A stretch of 64,000 nt of DNA from a virus: the IMG/VR virus record IMGVR_UViG_3300015050_001142, positions 31,586 through 95,585 of that record; one strand, 5' to 3'. The notes under the pieces are model-generated. The model saw nothing but the letters and a program-made list of their open reading frames with translations. It searched no databases and was not told where the DNA came from. A program made the translations under genes and the position numbers. Position 1 is the first letter of the stretch, and every line of letters starts with the position of its first letter. Shown piece by piece: positions 32,801 to 39,959 of the stretch.

Positions 32801-35800
32801 ATTAAGTGATGAATTTACTGCAGATCTTAAGAATTCTGTGTTTGAACAATTGGAAGCAGAATATTCAGCAGATTTTCCAGATGCGATTACTGAAGCAGAA
32901 ACAATATTGTTTGATCCAGAGATATTCAGGTATACCCGTGATCAGGAACCTGGTACTCTTGAATATGCGACTCATCAGATTGCAGCATTGAATTTATTCA
33001 AACGATTCGATGCAGTTGGACAACGTAAAGCTGAGATTCAATCTGTATATAATCAAGATACTTCCGGTGCTGGGCCTAATATTTTAACAGCAATGGATAA
33101 AATATTGAAACAAGCTACTATAGAACAACCACCAATTGGTGGAACTGAGAGTTTAATGTTTCTTAATAATCCAGATGATAAAAATAATCAAACGAGTGAA
33201 TTAGATGTAACGTTTTATCGTACAGTATGGCCTGCTTACAGTATTCTTGGACAATTACTTCCATATACGGGGTTAACAGTGGGCGCATTTAAAGATATTC
33301 AGGAAACTGGTGGCCGTACATCATTATCGATCGATCAACAACGTAATATCATTCGTTCAATCAGATCAATTGTTTATACAAAAGGATCTTATTGGTATAC
33401 CAACGCTCAATCAGAACGTGTAAGATTATTATACAATACAGATACTGATTCTCTTGGTAAGCGTGTACTTGATGCAAAACGTACATGGGGTAAGGATAAT
33501 TATTTCTTACAACGATTAGATGGTCGTATTAGTGATACAAAGACCGGACCTGACTATGTAGAATATCAAGCTGCAAGTACTGGTAGAATTGATGAGGAGC
33601 AGAATGTACGTGCTTGGTTAGAAATGTTGATGAGTAAGGACGACATCCAAAGACATCTCGGTGAGGATCTGTTACGCTATGCATTCTTAACTGGTGGTGT
33701 GCAGGATGCAAACTCATTTGTAAAATTTGTACCAACTTCTTACATAGCTAATACACCATTCGGTGATATGCTCAAAGAAGAAGCTGATAAATTTGGTGAA
33801 CAACCAGGTTTTGTTTCTCAATACTTTCAGCATAACCCTGAGCTTGCAGTACAACTTTCTCGTGAAGCGTTTGGAGAATATGTAAGTGCTAATCAGGATT
33901 ATCCAGAGACATTTAAAGTACCATCAATTGATGATCCGAGATTTAATCGATTCAGAACATTGAGTAATGCTGATGGTACAATGAAACAATTTGCCTCTTA
34001 TCGTAGTAAGGCTGAAAACAAGTGGGTACTGTACCATATCAATCATGTTGGTGAATCAACTTATTATACTCGTATTGATACACTGGGTAATAAATTCACT
34101 GATGAGTACAATGGTAATGTAGATGGTGCACAGCGATCAATCTTTACAGAGAATCGTGCGTTAGCTTCATCCATTCCTTATGGTAATCCAATTCAAAATA
34201 TTATCAATGCAAGTATTCAAGAAGGATTTAAAGGCAATAATGCTAATTATTATAAAGGCGTATCTCCTATAGAACAAATTGGATTGAAAGAAGGACGATG
34301 GACTGTTGATGTAGCGATTAGAGATATTATAGATAATACACTCATTCCTGAGTATTTACGAACAACAGCAAAACTACTGGATAGCACTTCAGAAGGTGGT
34401 ATGACCAGAGAAGCACGTAAGGCTTTAAATTGGGAATTCAACGGTATTAATGTAGTCTTTGATACAACAATTTCAGGCCGTGGAAGTATGGATGCATCAG
34501 GTAATTTAGTTTTAAACCCAAGCAATATAAATACTCGAAAAAGTGCAGCTGAAACTTTTCTACATGAAATGCTGCATTCAAGAACTCAGGCAATTATTTA
34601 TGCTACAGGATTTGATGAAAGACTTTTTAATAGTGATTATAAAATATCAAATCTAATACGAGCTATTAATAAAGATTTTAATGAAAAGAATCCTGAGACT
34701 TATAAACATGTAAAAGAACTTGATCGTATTCGCTATGAAGCTTATAACGCTTTATCTAAGCAATTGGGTATTGAACGTATTAAGCAAATTGAAGCAGATC
34801 TTGCTAATGGAGTTGTAACTTCAGTAGATCATACAATGGTTTATGCATTATCCAATGTTCATGAGTTAGTTGCTCATGTAATGACCAACAGTGATGTAGC
34901 AGGGTACCTTAACACTATTCCATCAAGTACAGAGAAAGGATTCTTACAAAGATTCATTGAGAAGATTGCTGATATCTTGAAATCATTCTCTAAAGCATTT
35001 GGATTCACTGTTAAGGATGATTCATTATTAAAAGAAGCATTGATACATACTATCATGCTTACTCAACCAACTGATCGTAATGTAAATATTGATACAGCTC
35101 TTAAAGAAACGATGCCACTTATTGTGGATACTGAAGCTGAAGCAAAAGAATTACAAGAGATTGCTGAATTGAATTATCAACGCGAAACAACTATTGAACA
35201 ATCACCGATTGGTTTCACAGTTAATATTACCAATGAATCTAAATCAGCACCAGTAACTAAGATTGATAAAATCTTGGGTAAACTCCGTAAGCAATTAGAT
35301 GATGCTGGTTACGCGATATCAAATGCTAAAACTCCAACTGAACGTGTTGCATTAAGTATTCGCTACCGTGAATTGAAAGAAGATGTATATCAATTGGCCA
35401 GTCAACGTAATCTTGATTTGATTGTAACTACCGGGCAGAAGCAATTAGCTTGGGTTGATAAGGTACTGGCTCAAGATTCTCCATCAGCTACTGATGTACA
35501 GGCTGCCATTGAAGTGACTAATATCTGGAGTGGGTTGACTGAATTATTATACGGTGATCTTACCAAGATAACCGGTACTGATAAAGAATTCGCTCAAATA
35601 CAATCTGATGCACAGCAGAAAAGAATTGAGTTGATTAATTCTAAAGCCAGAGATATCGTTGTTGAATTCTTGAATGGTCGCTATGTTGTTACATCAACTG
35701 CAGATTTCAAATCCAATGTTGAAGAACTTTCTCAAGGTGTTGCTAAATTCCTTGAGCTGGCCCGTGTGAAGCCGGTACTGGCACAAGCAATATCTGTAAT

Positions 35801-38588
35801 GGGTAAGGAAGCTGCTAATAATCGTGATGAAGAAATCAATCGTATAAGTAAGAAATTGGAATCACTTAATGCTCAAATGAAAAAAGCAGGTGTAACTGCA
35901 GACGCATTCATGCAGGACGGTACCTGGGGATTGGTACAGCGTCTATCTAATAAGTGGTATTCTCATGTGAATGGAATGAAATCTAAGCTCCATACAACTA
36001 TTGAAGGGTTGGATAAGGCTGATGGTATTACTGATCAGGTTCGCCGTGAGAAGAAAGCTGAAGCTTGGAATAAGTATTGGAGTGAGATACGTAAATCAGC
36101 TGTCTTCGTTGATACTCGTGTATTTTTTGATTTCAAAGATGGTACCCGAATGAATGATGATAAATCGAAAGCTGCGTTTGAAAATTTAGCTAAAGAAGTT
36201 GGATCAGAAGCTTATGCTAATGAATTATTAGATAAAGCGCATGAGAAATTTCAACGTTATATTGAAGAACGTGTAATCGCTAAGGATTTCATTTATTCTC
36301 AAGTTGAATTATCAGATGAGGATAAACTTAAAACTCCAGAAGAGCAAGAACAGATTCTTAAAGAGAAACAAACTATACAGTACGATAAGTGGATACAGTA
36401 CAATTCTCCTACTGAATTTTTAAATAAGATGAACAGTACTGAGAAAGTGAAGTATCTCAACAATGGAGATAAGTGGGTAGTGATGGCTCCCAAGGCCAGT
36501 ACCAAAGAATTCTTTGATGAGAAATATAAAACTATTAATGAAGATGAGAAAGTTCGTAACATCTATGATCAATATCGTGCTATCATTTCTGAGATGGTAT
36601 CTTATCTTCCTGTTCATATCCAAACAGAATTGGAAGAAGATTTCTTACCAATTATAAGCCCTGATACAGTTAATACATTAGCTGGTATGATTGGTAAGAT
36701 CAGAAACTTTGATACTATTATATTAAATGCGTTAACAGCTACTGAACAGGAAGAACATGCACGCATTCATGCTGATAGAATTCCAATCATGTATACACAT
36801 GCAACTAAACGTACACAAGAACCTGAACAACGTAGCAGGGATTTAATTCGTGTAGCTGAAGTATTTTCTATGATGGCATTACATTACAAGCATATGTCTC
36901 CGGTACTTGATTCAATCAATGTTGCTGAAAGCATTGTAAAAGAAGTTAATCGCCAACGTACTGCAGGTGAGACAGAAGGTAAACCATTACGTAATCTATT
37001 GGATGATATTAAGTACTTCAAGGATGCGGTACTCTTTAAAAAACCAAAAGAATTAGAAGGTAAAGTACCCAACGCTGTGTATTCCAGTAATCCAGCCAAG
37101 CAAATTAAGATTGAAGCACGTATCAAAGAATTAACTCTTCAACGTAAAGAAGTTGAGAAACAAATTACTGATGCTAATATCGAAGGCGAATGGCAAACTG
37201 ATGATCTTGATAAAAAACTTGAAGAGATCGATACTGAATTACTGAAGTATGAAGCTAATGCCCGTAATATTTATGGTAGTAAAGTTGCAGATACTTTTAT
37301 TGGGTTGAATCAATTAACGACAATTGGATTTAGCCCTGTATCAGCTATTACTAACTTAACTTTTGGTTCAATCTCGTTGAATATTCATGCTAATGGCCGT
37401 AGAGATTTTAGTCATAAGGATCTTACATGGGCTATGAAGAAGATGAGCAATTCAATGGCCAGGTACTTTTCATTTGGATTATCTCAAGGAGAAGAAGCAC
37501 GTAAGATTACTAATATCATTGATCGTGCAGGTATCATGGGCGATGTAGTTGATACTCAGTATGGACAAAGTAATATTCCATCGAAACGTATCAGCCCATT
37601 ACTTAAATCTCTCACTCCATTTAACTGGCAGAGAAGTGGTGACTTTTATGTAAAGGGAAAGATGTTACTCGCAATGATGCATAAACAACAGGTTGAAGTA
37701 ACTGATCAGGAGACTGGAGAGAAGTCAACCATTTCCTTATATGATGCATTGGATGCAGAAGGCAATTGGAATGAAGAAAAGTATGGTGTAAATACAAACT
37801 GGTACTCTACAGATATTTCTGAACAGAAAGAATGGAATCAATTCCGTAACAAAGCTCGTAAGATCTCAACTATCATCTTTGGTAATCAGGATAAAAATGC
37901 TCCATTACTTGCGAAGAAAAATTTCCTATGGCGCTTAGTTGGGCAGTTCAGGATGAGCTGGTTCCCGGAAGGTATCGCTACCAGGTTCCTTGGTGAACGT
38001 AATGATATCGAACTGGGCCGTAAGGTTAAAGGTCGCTGGGTAACTTATGGCGATCTAGGTGTACTGAATTCAGCAGGTATAATGCTCAAACAGCTTCTAT
38101 CATCTTTACCTGGTGTACAGATCGATGCATTTGAAGGCCGTACAGATAAACAAGGTAATCCGATCTCTGAAACTGATATTGAGAACATGCGTAAGAACTT
38201 CGCCGGTCTTGCCTGGACAGCTTCATTTGCTATAGCAATTATGATGCTCAAAGGATTTGAAGATGATCGTAAGGGTAAGAAGAAAACGGCTGCAGCGAAG
38301 AAATTACAGTTGGCGATTAACTTAATGTTACGTAATTACCAGGATCTGATGCAATATTCATCTCCAACAGCATTCAATTCTTTAACCGGTAATATTGTAC
38401 CGGCCACAAGGGTACTGATAAATTATTGGGGTGCATTGAAAGCTACAGCTATCGTTATTGCGGGTGATGAACACAAAGATGCTACTCAGAGATGGATACT
38501 TAAAACAGCTAAAGCATTCCCAATATTGAATCAATATCCGAAACTAAATACATTGATCAATCGTGATCTGGATGATATTCAGAAATAA
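26889..38588 (+). CDS. Virion-packaged two-barrel RNA polymerase polyprotein (macro-like domains, RNAP, zincin, helical C-terminal domain)
   Basis: Catalytic GADFDVDK at ~32046-32069; RIPNQG, TDAQ, QPMKP, AVDNAK motifs of crAss vRNAP; HEMLH zincin motif at 34563-34577. Confidence 0.92.
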   Translation: MACSHLAPNGEKSLLYDQLEQKYGPEKAHEIWDLVRTQQFLNKHGDWNAYTPVKTELFKGFWTREQIEKQTDKVFLFGDNTNDRMHTKYVPTSTQAVIRGLPNAIGIDTKRDRGTTKASYFSDNDLNVFELQLAQALNKAIDSGKIIVIPADGIGTGKAMLKEKAPKLFEYLVDQLQKLQTSILDANGEPTIDWVQKTLNLTEPTIEQQKEIIEISFEPKENEKAKYRSTRDSEQIISQKITDLILTATDNPNKQYKFNYLFTESGSLKSGYTVKELANLIDQFDLPSNIVLPEAYHNLVRNSSKRIIEQFQSNTPVEFLNRNEEALQLDIARILVPKVDANGKTQGYFTPVQYQEITDSIVSGVQLILRQDPNQKANAVIKAIYAFDQGRRKLESLNSKPELQETLGFIHNQRVRFAEAAIKRLSDYGLSITDKSKATILKAVQLVQPLAEQQKQDFITANPGIDADQIDEATGEFIEAQGRGLKDWNDVVFELDPKDTASARIKMFIATLPETDRGIYNVDKDGVEIFPAAIRVGDKTLGNYIEELGPSLAFNKWKQLDINGLQRTIRETNRKTFWMQNEELSKEFAKFLNNNFPMIAKENFLGMKKLVDFEATFDNLLQLLADKKADFADYMKTLEDSGKPNLQYLVNEMRNADPQLQKEFMKVMTKQYQNFTMVLFNRDAAGYTFKLLNANRYSQKNSLIKNWQEEQKLSEMVIINDQGERVFDVERAHERWIPMLARAQRINDWGIKENKSWAIKSMGNILRVSGIDISEEMVTDLFDNMEKWTKGTTFTGGIGRQFSVTQTGEPNGLFSAFIMKAAGVSNVNDLDIDEETTARAEQNNPLYTEKTAMQILASVVAKHTPVLHSSNHKSVEGKSVWDFGLNTKLSHKFRDMTENFEEFKKIQLQIDIAKDSWLLNAINNTPKYLEKMQLAYLDGVKPEWSKRGTTRSDMSDREQLLTAVSLFQNKGYGFNKIPVANYLSLTHADKTMAPLYMNMPKLNMGAYDSVPDTITGKIGSAMYNVFSSEHQRIVKQSNIDFNSKQYDQGKKLFYFLPEFNYDSMKELARQGIISQGEFKSLWVDGQRVLSPIIRADKELIVINKIIQRHLDSLVANTLQQWKDTGIVSEEGTMFDKKYIKQVLYANGIKSSKKAANVIESFTDKTGNKLHAKQVQDIIVQTAAKDFAWNYFLFNTALSQLMYGDPALTYKAAKGKNLTDMDHVNSTMKEYAKRLAKDIAPGQDPYWLPNEKTYNTITLADVKTAEKYMYKFSESLYDSYSDVEGTDAQELTTVKEHIRVMRAMGTISETTFNEMMDIINKAKGGYYEFTKPEHLAIVLQPMKPVYSGTRLPQNGAQLEDYIKTSSYPLYPPLTAGLEIDKFRKLMEDTNIDRANYASGKKIGLPAQSLEIFTPEGKFIDPVGDVVVKATQQLSRDGFRIQQEVPYDENKEEIRTVSQMNKLIVEGIGDIKGFEVPGYGKMDGTQIRELKENIRKQMINIGYTNFKNKFNVDPVSLVIQNKNKVYDMLADEAEAKGYTLNERQALLIRDKDGELAIPLIYNTAADKLESMMMSLVKKIVDIKVPGKSFIQASSVGFTRDNIRTEDSIDKSQVVWLDGYDGTALKTVHLGEDGTVQAAQVLVPFNFMDEDGNRLNVQDFMIERDGRKYLDTERVPKELIQMIGARIPNQGHNSMLPIEIVGFLPANAGDLIIVPSAITKQMGADFDVDKLFCYRRPYTYNPETKIFLPTRAEGTEYEFEDQLQTAYFDVHWSILTHPEMLEKVLKPLDKPDLKEEAAKIKVPQPNNYYDVITQLSEFQSGKDAKALVGLTSLSVTFNAVIQDKGLHLMKIEENINDEGGMQMAFVRDYISVLGANGEEIKLTNLSGNGTSEYNGEKRTKHDNHTTVQSGAVDNAKERTLDKPNITTNTFRAIDAMNQLEDENGYALDLSYGVGLLSQPIIRAFDQMMKRGNDSLSDEFTADLKNSVFEQLEAEYSADFPDAITEAETILFDPEIFRYTRDQEPGTLEYATHQIAALNLFKRFDAVGQRKAEIQSVYNQDTSGAGPNILTAMDKILKQATIEQPPIGGTESLMFLNNPDDKNNQTSELDVTFYRTVWPAYSILGQLLPYTGLTVGAFKDIQETGGRTSLSIDQQRNIIRSIRSIVYTKGSYWYTNAQSERVRLLYNTDTDSLGKRVLDAKRTWGKDNYFLQRLDGRISDTKTGPDYVEYQAASTGRIDEEQNVRAWLEMLMSKDDIQRHLGEDLLRYAFLTGGVQDANSFVKFVPTSYIANTPFGDMLKEEADKFGEQPGFVSQYFQHNPELAVQLSREAFGEYVSANQDYPETFKVPSIDDPRFNRFRTLSNADGTMKQFASYRSKAENKWVLYHINHVGESTYYTRIDTLGNKFTDEYNGNVDGAQRSIFTENRALASSIPYGNPIQNIINASIQEGFKGNNANYYKGVSPIEQIGLKEGRWTVDVAIRDIIDNTLIPEYLRTTAKLLDSTSEGGMTREARKALNWEFNGINVVFDTTISGRGSMDASGNLVLNPSNINTRKSAAETFLHEMLHSRTQAIIYATGFDERLFNSDYKISNLIRAINKDFNEKNPETYKHVKELDRIRYEAYNALSKQLGIERIKQIEADLANGVVTSVDHTMVYALSNVHELVAHVMTNSDVAGYLNTIPSSTEKGFLQRFIEKIADILKSFSKAFGFTVKDDSLLKEALIHTIMLTQPTDRNVNIDTALKETMPLIVDTEAEAKELQEIAELNYQRETTIEQSPIGFTVNITNESKSAPVTKIDKILGKLRKQLDDAGYAISNAKTPTERVALSIRYRELKEDVYQLASQRNLDLIVTTGQKQLAWVDKVLAQDSPSATDVQAAIEVTNIWSGLTELLYGDLTKITGTDKEFAQIQSDAQQKRIELINSKARDIVVEFLNGRYVVTSTADFKSNVEELSQGVAKFLELARVKPVLAQAISVMGKEAANNRDEEINRISKKLESLNAQMKKAGVTADAFMQDGTWGLVQRLSNKWYSHVNGMKSKLHTTIEGLDKADGITDQVRREKKAEAWNKYWSEIRKSAVFVDTRVFFDFKDGTRMNDDKSKAAFENLAKEVGSEAYANELLDKAHEKFQRYIEERVIAKDFIYSQVELSDEDKLKTPEEQEQILKEKQTIQYDKWIQYNSPTEFLNKMNSTEKVKYLNNGDKWVVMAPKASTKEFFDEKYKTINEDEKVRNIYDQYRAIISEMVSYLPVHIQTELEEDFLPIISPDTVNTLAGMIGKIRNFDTIILNALTATEQEEHARIHADRIPIMYTHATKRTQEPEQRSRDLIRVAEVFSMMALHYKHMSPVLDSINVAESIVKEVNRQRTAGETEGKPLRNLLDDIKYFKDAVLFKKPKELEGKVPNAVYSSNPAKQIKIEARIKELTLQRKEVEKQITDANIEGEWQTDDLDKKLEEIDTELLKYEANARNIYGSKVADTFIGLNQLTTIGFSPVSAITNLTFGSISLNIHANGRRDFSHKDLTWAMKKMSNSMARYFSFGLSQGEEARKITNIIDRAGIMGDVVDTQYGQSNIPSKRISPLLKSLTPFNWQRSGDFYVKGKMLLAMMHKQQVEVTDQETGEKSTISLYDALDAEGNWNEEKYGVNTNWYSTDISEQKEWNQFRNKARKISTIIFGNQDKNAPLLAKKNFLWRLVGQFRMSWFPEGIATRFLGERNDIELGRKVKGRWVTYGDLGVLNSAGIMLKQLLSSLPGVQIDAFEGRTDKQGNPISETDIENMRKNFAGLAWTASFAIAIMMLKGFEDDRKGKKKTAAAKKLQLAINLMLRNYQDLMQYSSPTAFNSLTGNIVPATRVLINYWGALKATAIVIAGDEHKDATQRWILKTAKAFPILNQYPKLNTLINRDLDDIQK

Positions 38589-38620
38589 ATAAACCATTAA
38601 CTTTACCAAAATACTCGTAT

Positions 38621-39376
38621 ATGAGCTTCCAACCGGTTATTACCTTAACAGCTTTACCGCGTACATCTGATTCTTTTACAGTGATCGATGCTACACCAAC
38701 CGGGGGAAGTACCGGCTATGGCTCAACAAATGCGCCAGCTAATTTGGCTGCAATTACCTCAATTTATGGGCAAACGCAACCCTATGCTGAAGATGCGGTG
38801 CCGGCTACAGCTTATTCAGGAAATCTTACTGCAGGCTTCCAATCCACAGTACCAATTAGAGATGGTGTAAACCTGCTTGGGGTACTCTTTGGAGAAGAAA
38901 TAACATTCCCAGCTGTCTCCCCTGTAGCAGCAATTGGTATTACAGCAATATCTTCTGATCGTCTTACTCTTACAATGGGCCAGGATTATCGTGCTCTATT
39001 GGGCAATGTATATGCGCTATCAATTGATGGTCTTGCATTTCCTCAAGTAATCAAATCTATCTCAGTAACAACAATTGTATTATATACGGCATTGCCTGGT
39101 ACTGTTACAACAGCAACAACAATATATCGTTATTATCTGGCAACCAGTACTCAATTAGTATTAAATCAAGCTGATGTAAAGATTGGCAATGAGATAGCAA
39201 GCTTACCATTACGCGCGAATAAATGTGATTCGGTACAGGATACGCTTGATGATTTATTATTGAAATTCAGTTCTCAAGCTGCTTATGCTAATCAGAATTA
39301 CGCAAAAGCACATGAAGCAGCTCGATTGATCACGGCCGATGTAACATTACCCTCATCAACTTGTTCAACCTGTTAA
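38621..39376 (+). CDS. Putative tail hub / fibre-attachment protein
   Basis: Beta-rich N-terminus, helical C-terminus ending TCSTC; upstream of the fibre gene. Confidence 0.45.
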   Translation: MSFQPVITLTALPRTSDSFTVIDATPTGGSTGYGSTNAPANLAAITSIYGQTQPYAEDAVPATAYSGNLTAGFQSTVPIRDGVNLLGVLFGEEITFPAVSPVAAIGITAISSDRLTLTMGQDYRALLGNVYALSIDGLAFPQVIKSISVTTIVLYTALPGTVTTATTIYRYYLATSTQLVLNQADVKIGNEIASLPLRANKCDSVQDTLDDLLLKFSSQAAYANQNYAKAHEAARLITADVTLPSSTCSTC

Positions 39377-39377
39377 T

Positions 39378-39959
39378 ATGAATAATTCCTGTGTACAGCA
39401 AACTGTTACTAAAATAACAGAAGCAGAAGTCGATCTTACGATAACCAGGGCATTGGCATTGCTTACAGCATTGTCTTTACGTGCTGGGTATAGTAGATTG
39501 TATGCAACACATGATAAAGAGATCTGTAAACGGGATCTGATTTATCTCTACATTTATTTTTTACAAATGTGGAACTACACAATTGATGCGTATAACTTTT
39601 CCAGCGCAGCACAAATGGCCTCAGTAGTAGCAGATTTACAGCAATTATTATATGATAAAGGTTGTGATAATTCAATTGATTACTCAGGTACAGTTAGTGT
39701 TCAATTTGTACCGGTGCCTAATTATACACAAATTAAGGTACCGTATAGTTTCAGAATTGTTGTAACTGCTGAAGGAATGAGTGTAACAGACGCTCAATTA
39801 CTGGGATTAATGGATACTACAACTGTGTTTTTAAATAATCAAGTTGTACAAACTGGATGGATAATAAACGGAACAACTGGTGAAATAACTTTTACAAATC
39901 TTACTCTTTATCCTGACGATGTAATTACAGGAGATGGAGCTAAATTTTTTCAATTATGA
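39378..39959 (+). CDS. Putative tail hub / adaptor protein
   Basis: Helical Cys-containing N-terminal half plus small beta C-terminal domain; ATGA overlap with the fibre gene. Confidence 0.4.
   Translation: MNNSCVQQTVTKITEAEVDLTITRALALLTALSLRAGYSRLYATHDKEICKRDLIYLYIYFLQMWNYTIDAYNFSSAAQMASVVADLQQLLYDKGCDNSIDYSGTVSVQFVPVPNYTQIKVPYSFRIVVTAEGMSVTDAQLLGLMDTTTVFLNNQVVQTGWIINGTTGEITFTNLTLYPDDVITGDGAKFFQL

Noticed and set aside
73-38251. Numerous 60-190 aa antisense or alternate-frame ORFs inside large genes
   Set aside because: Fully nested in well-supported genes, with no motifs; composition typical of shadow ORFs
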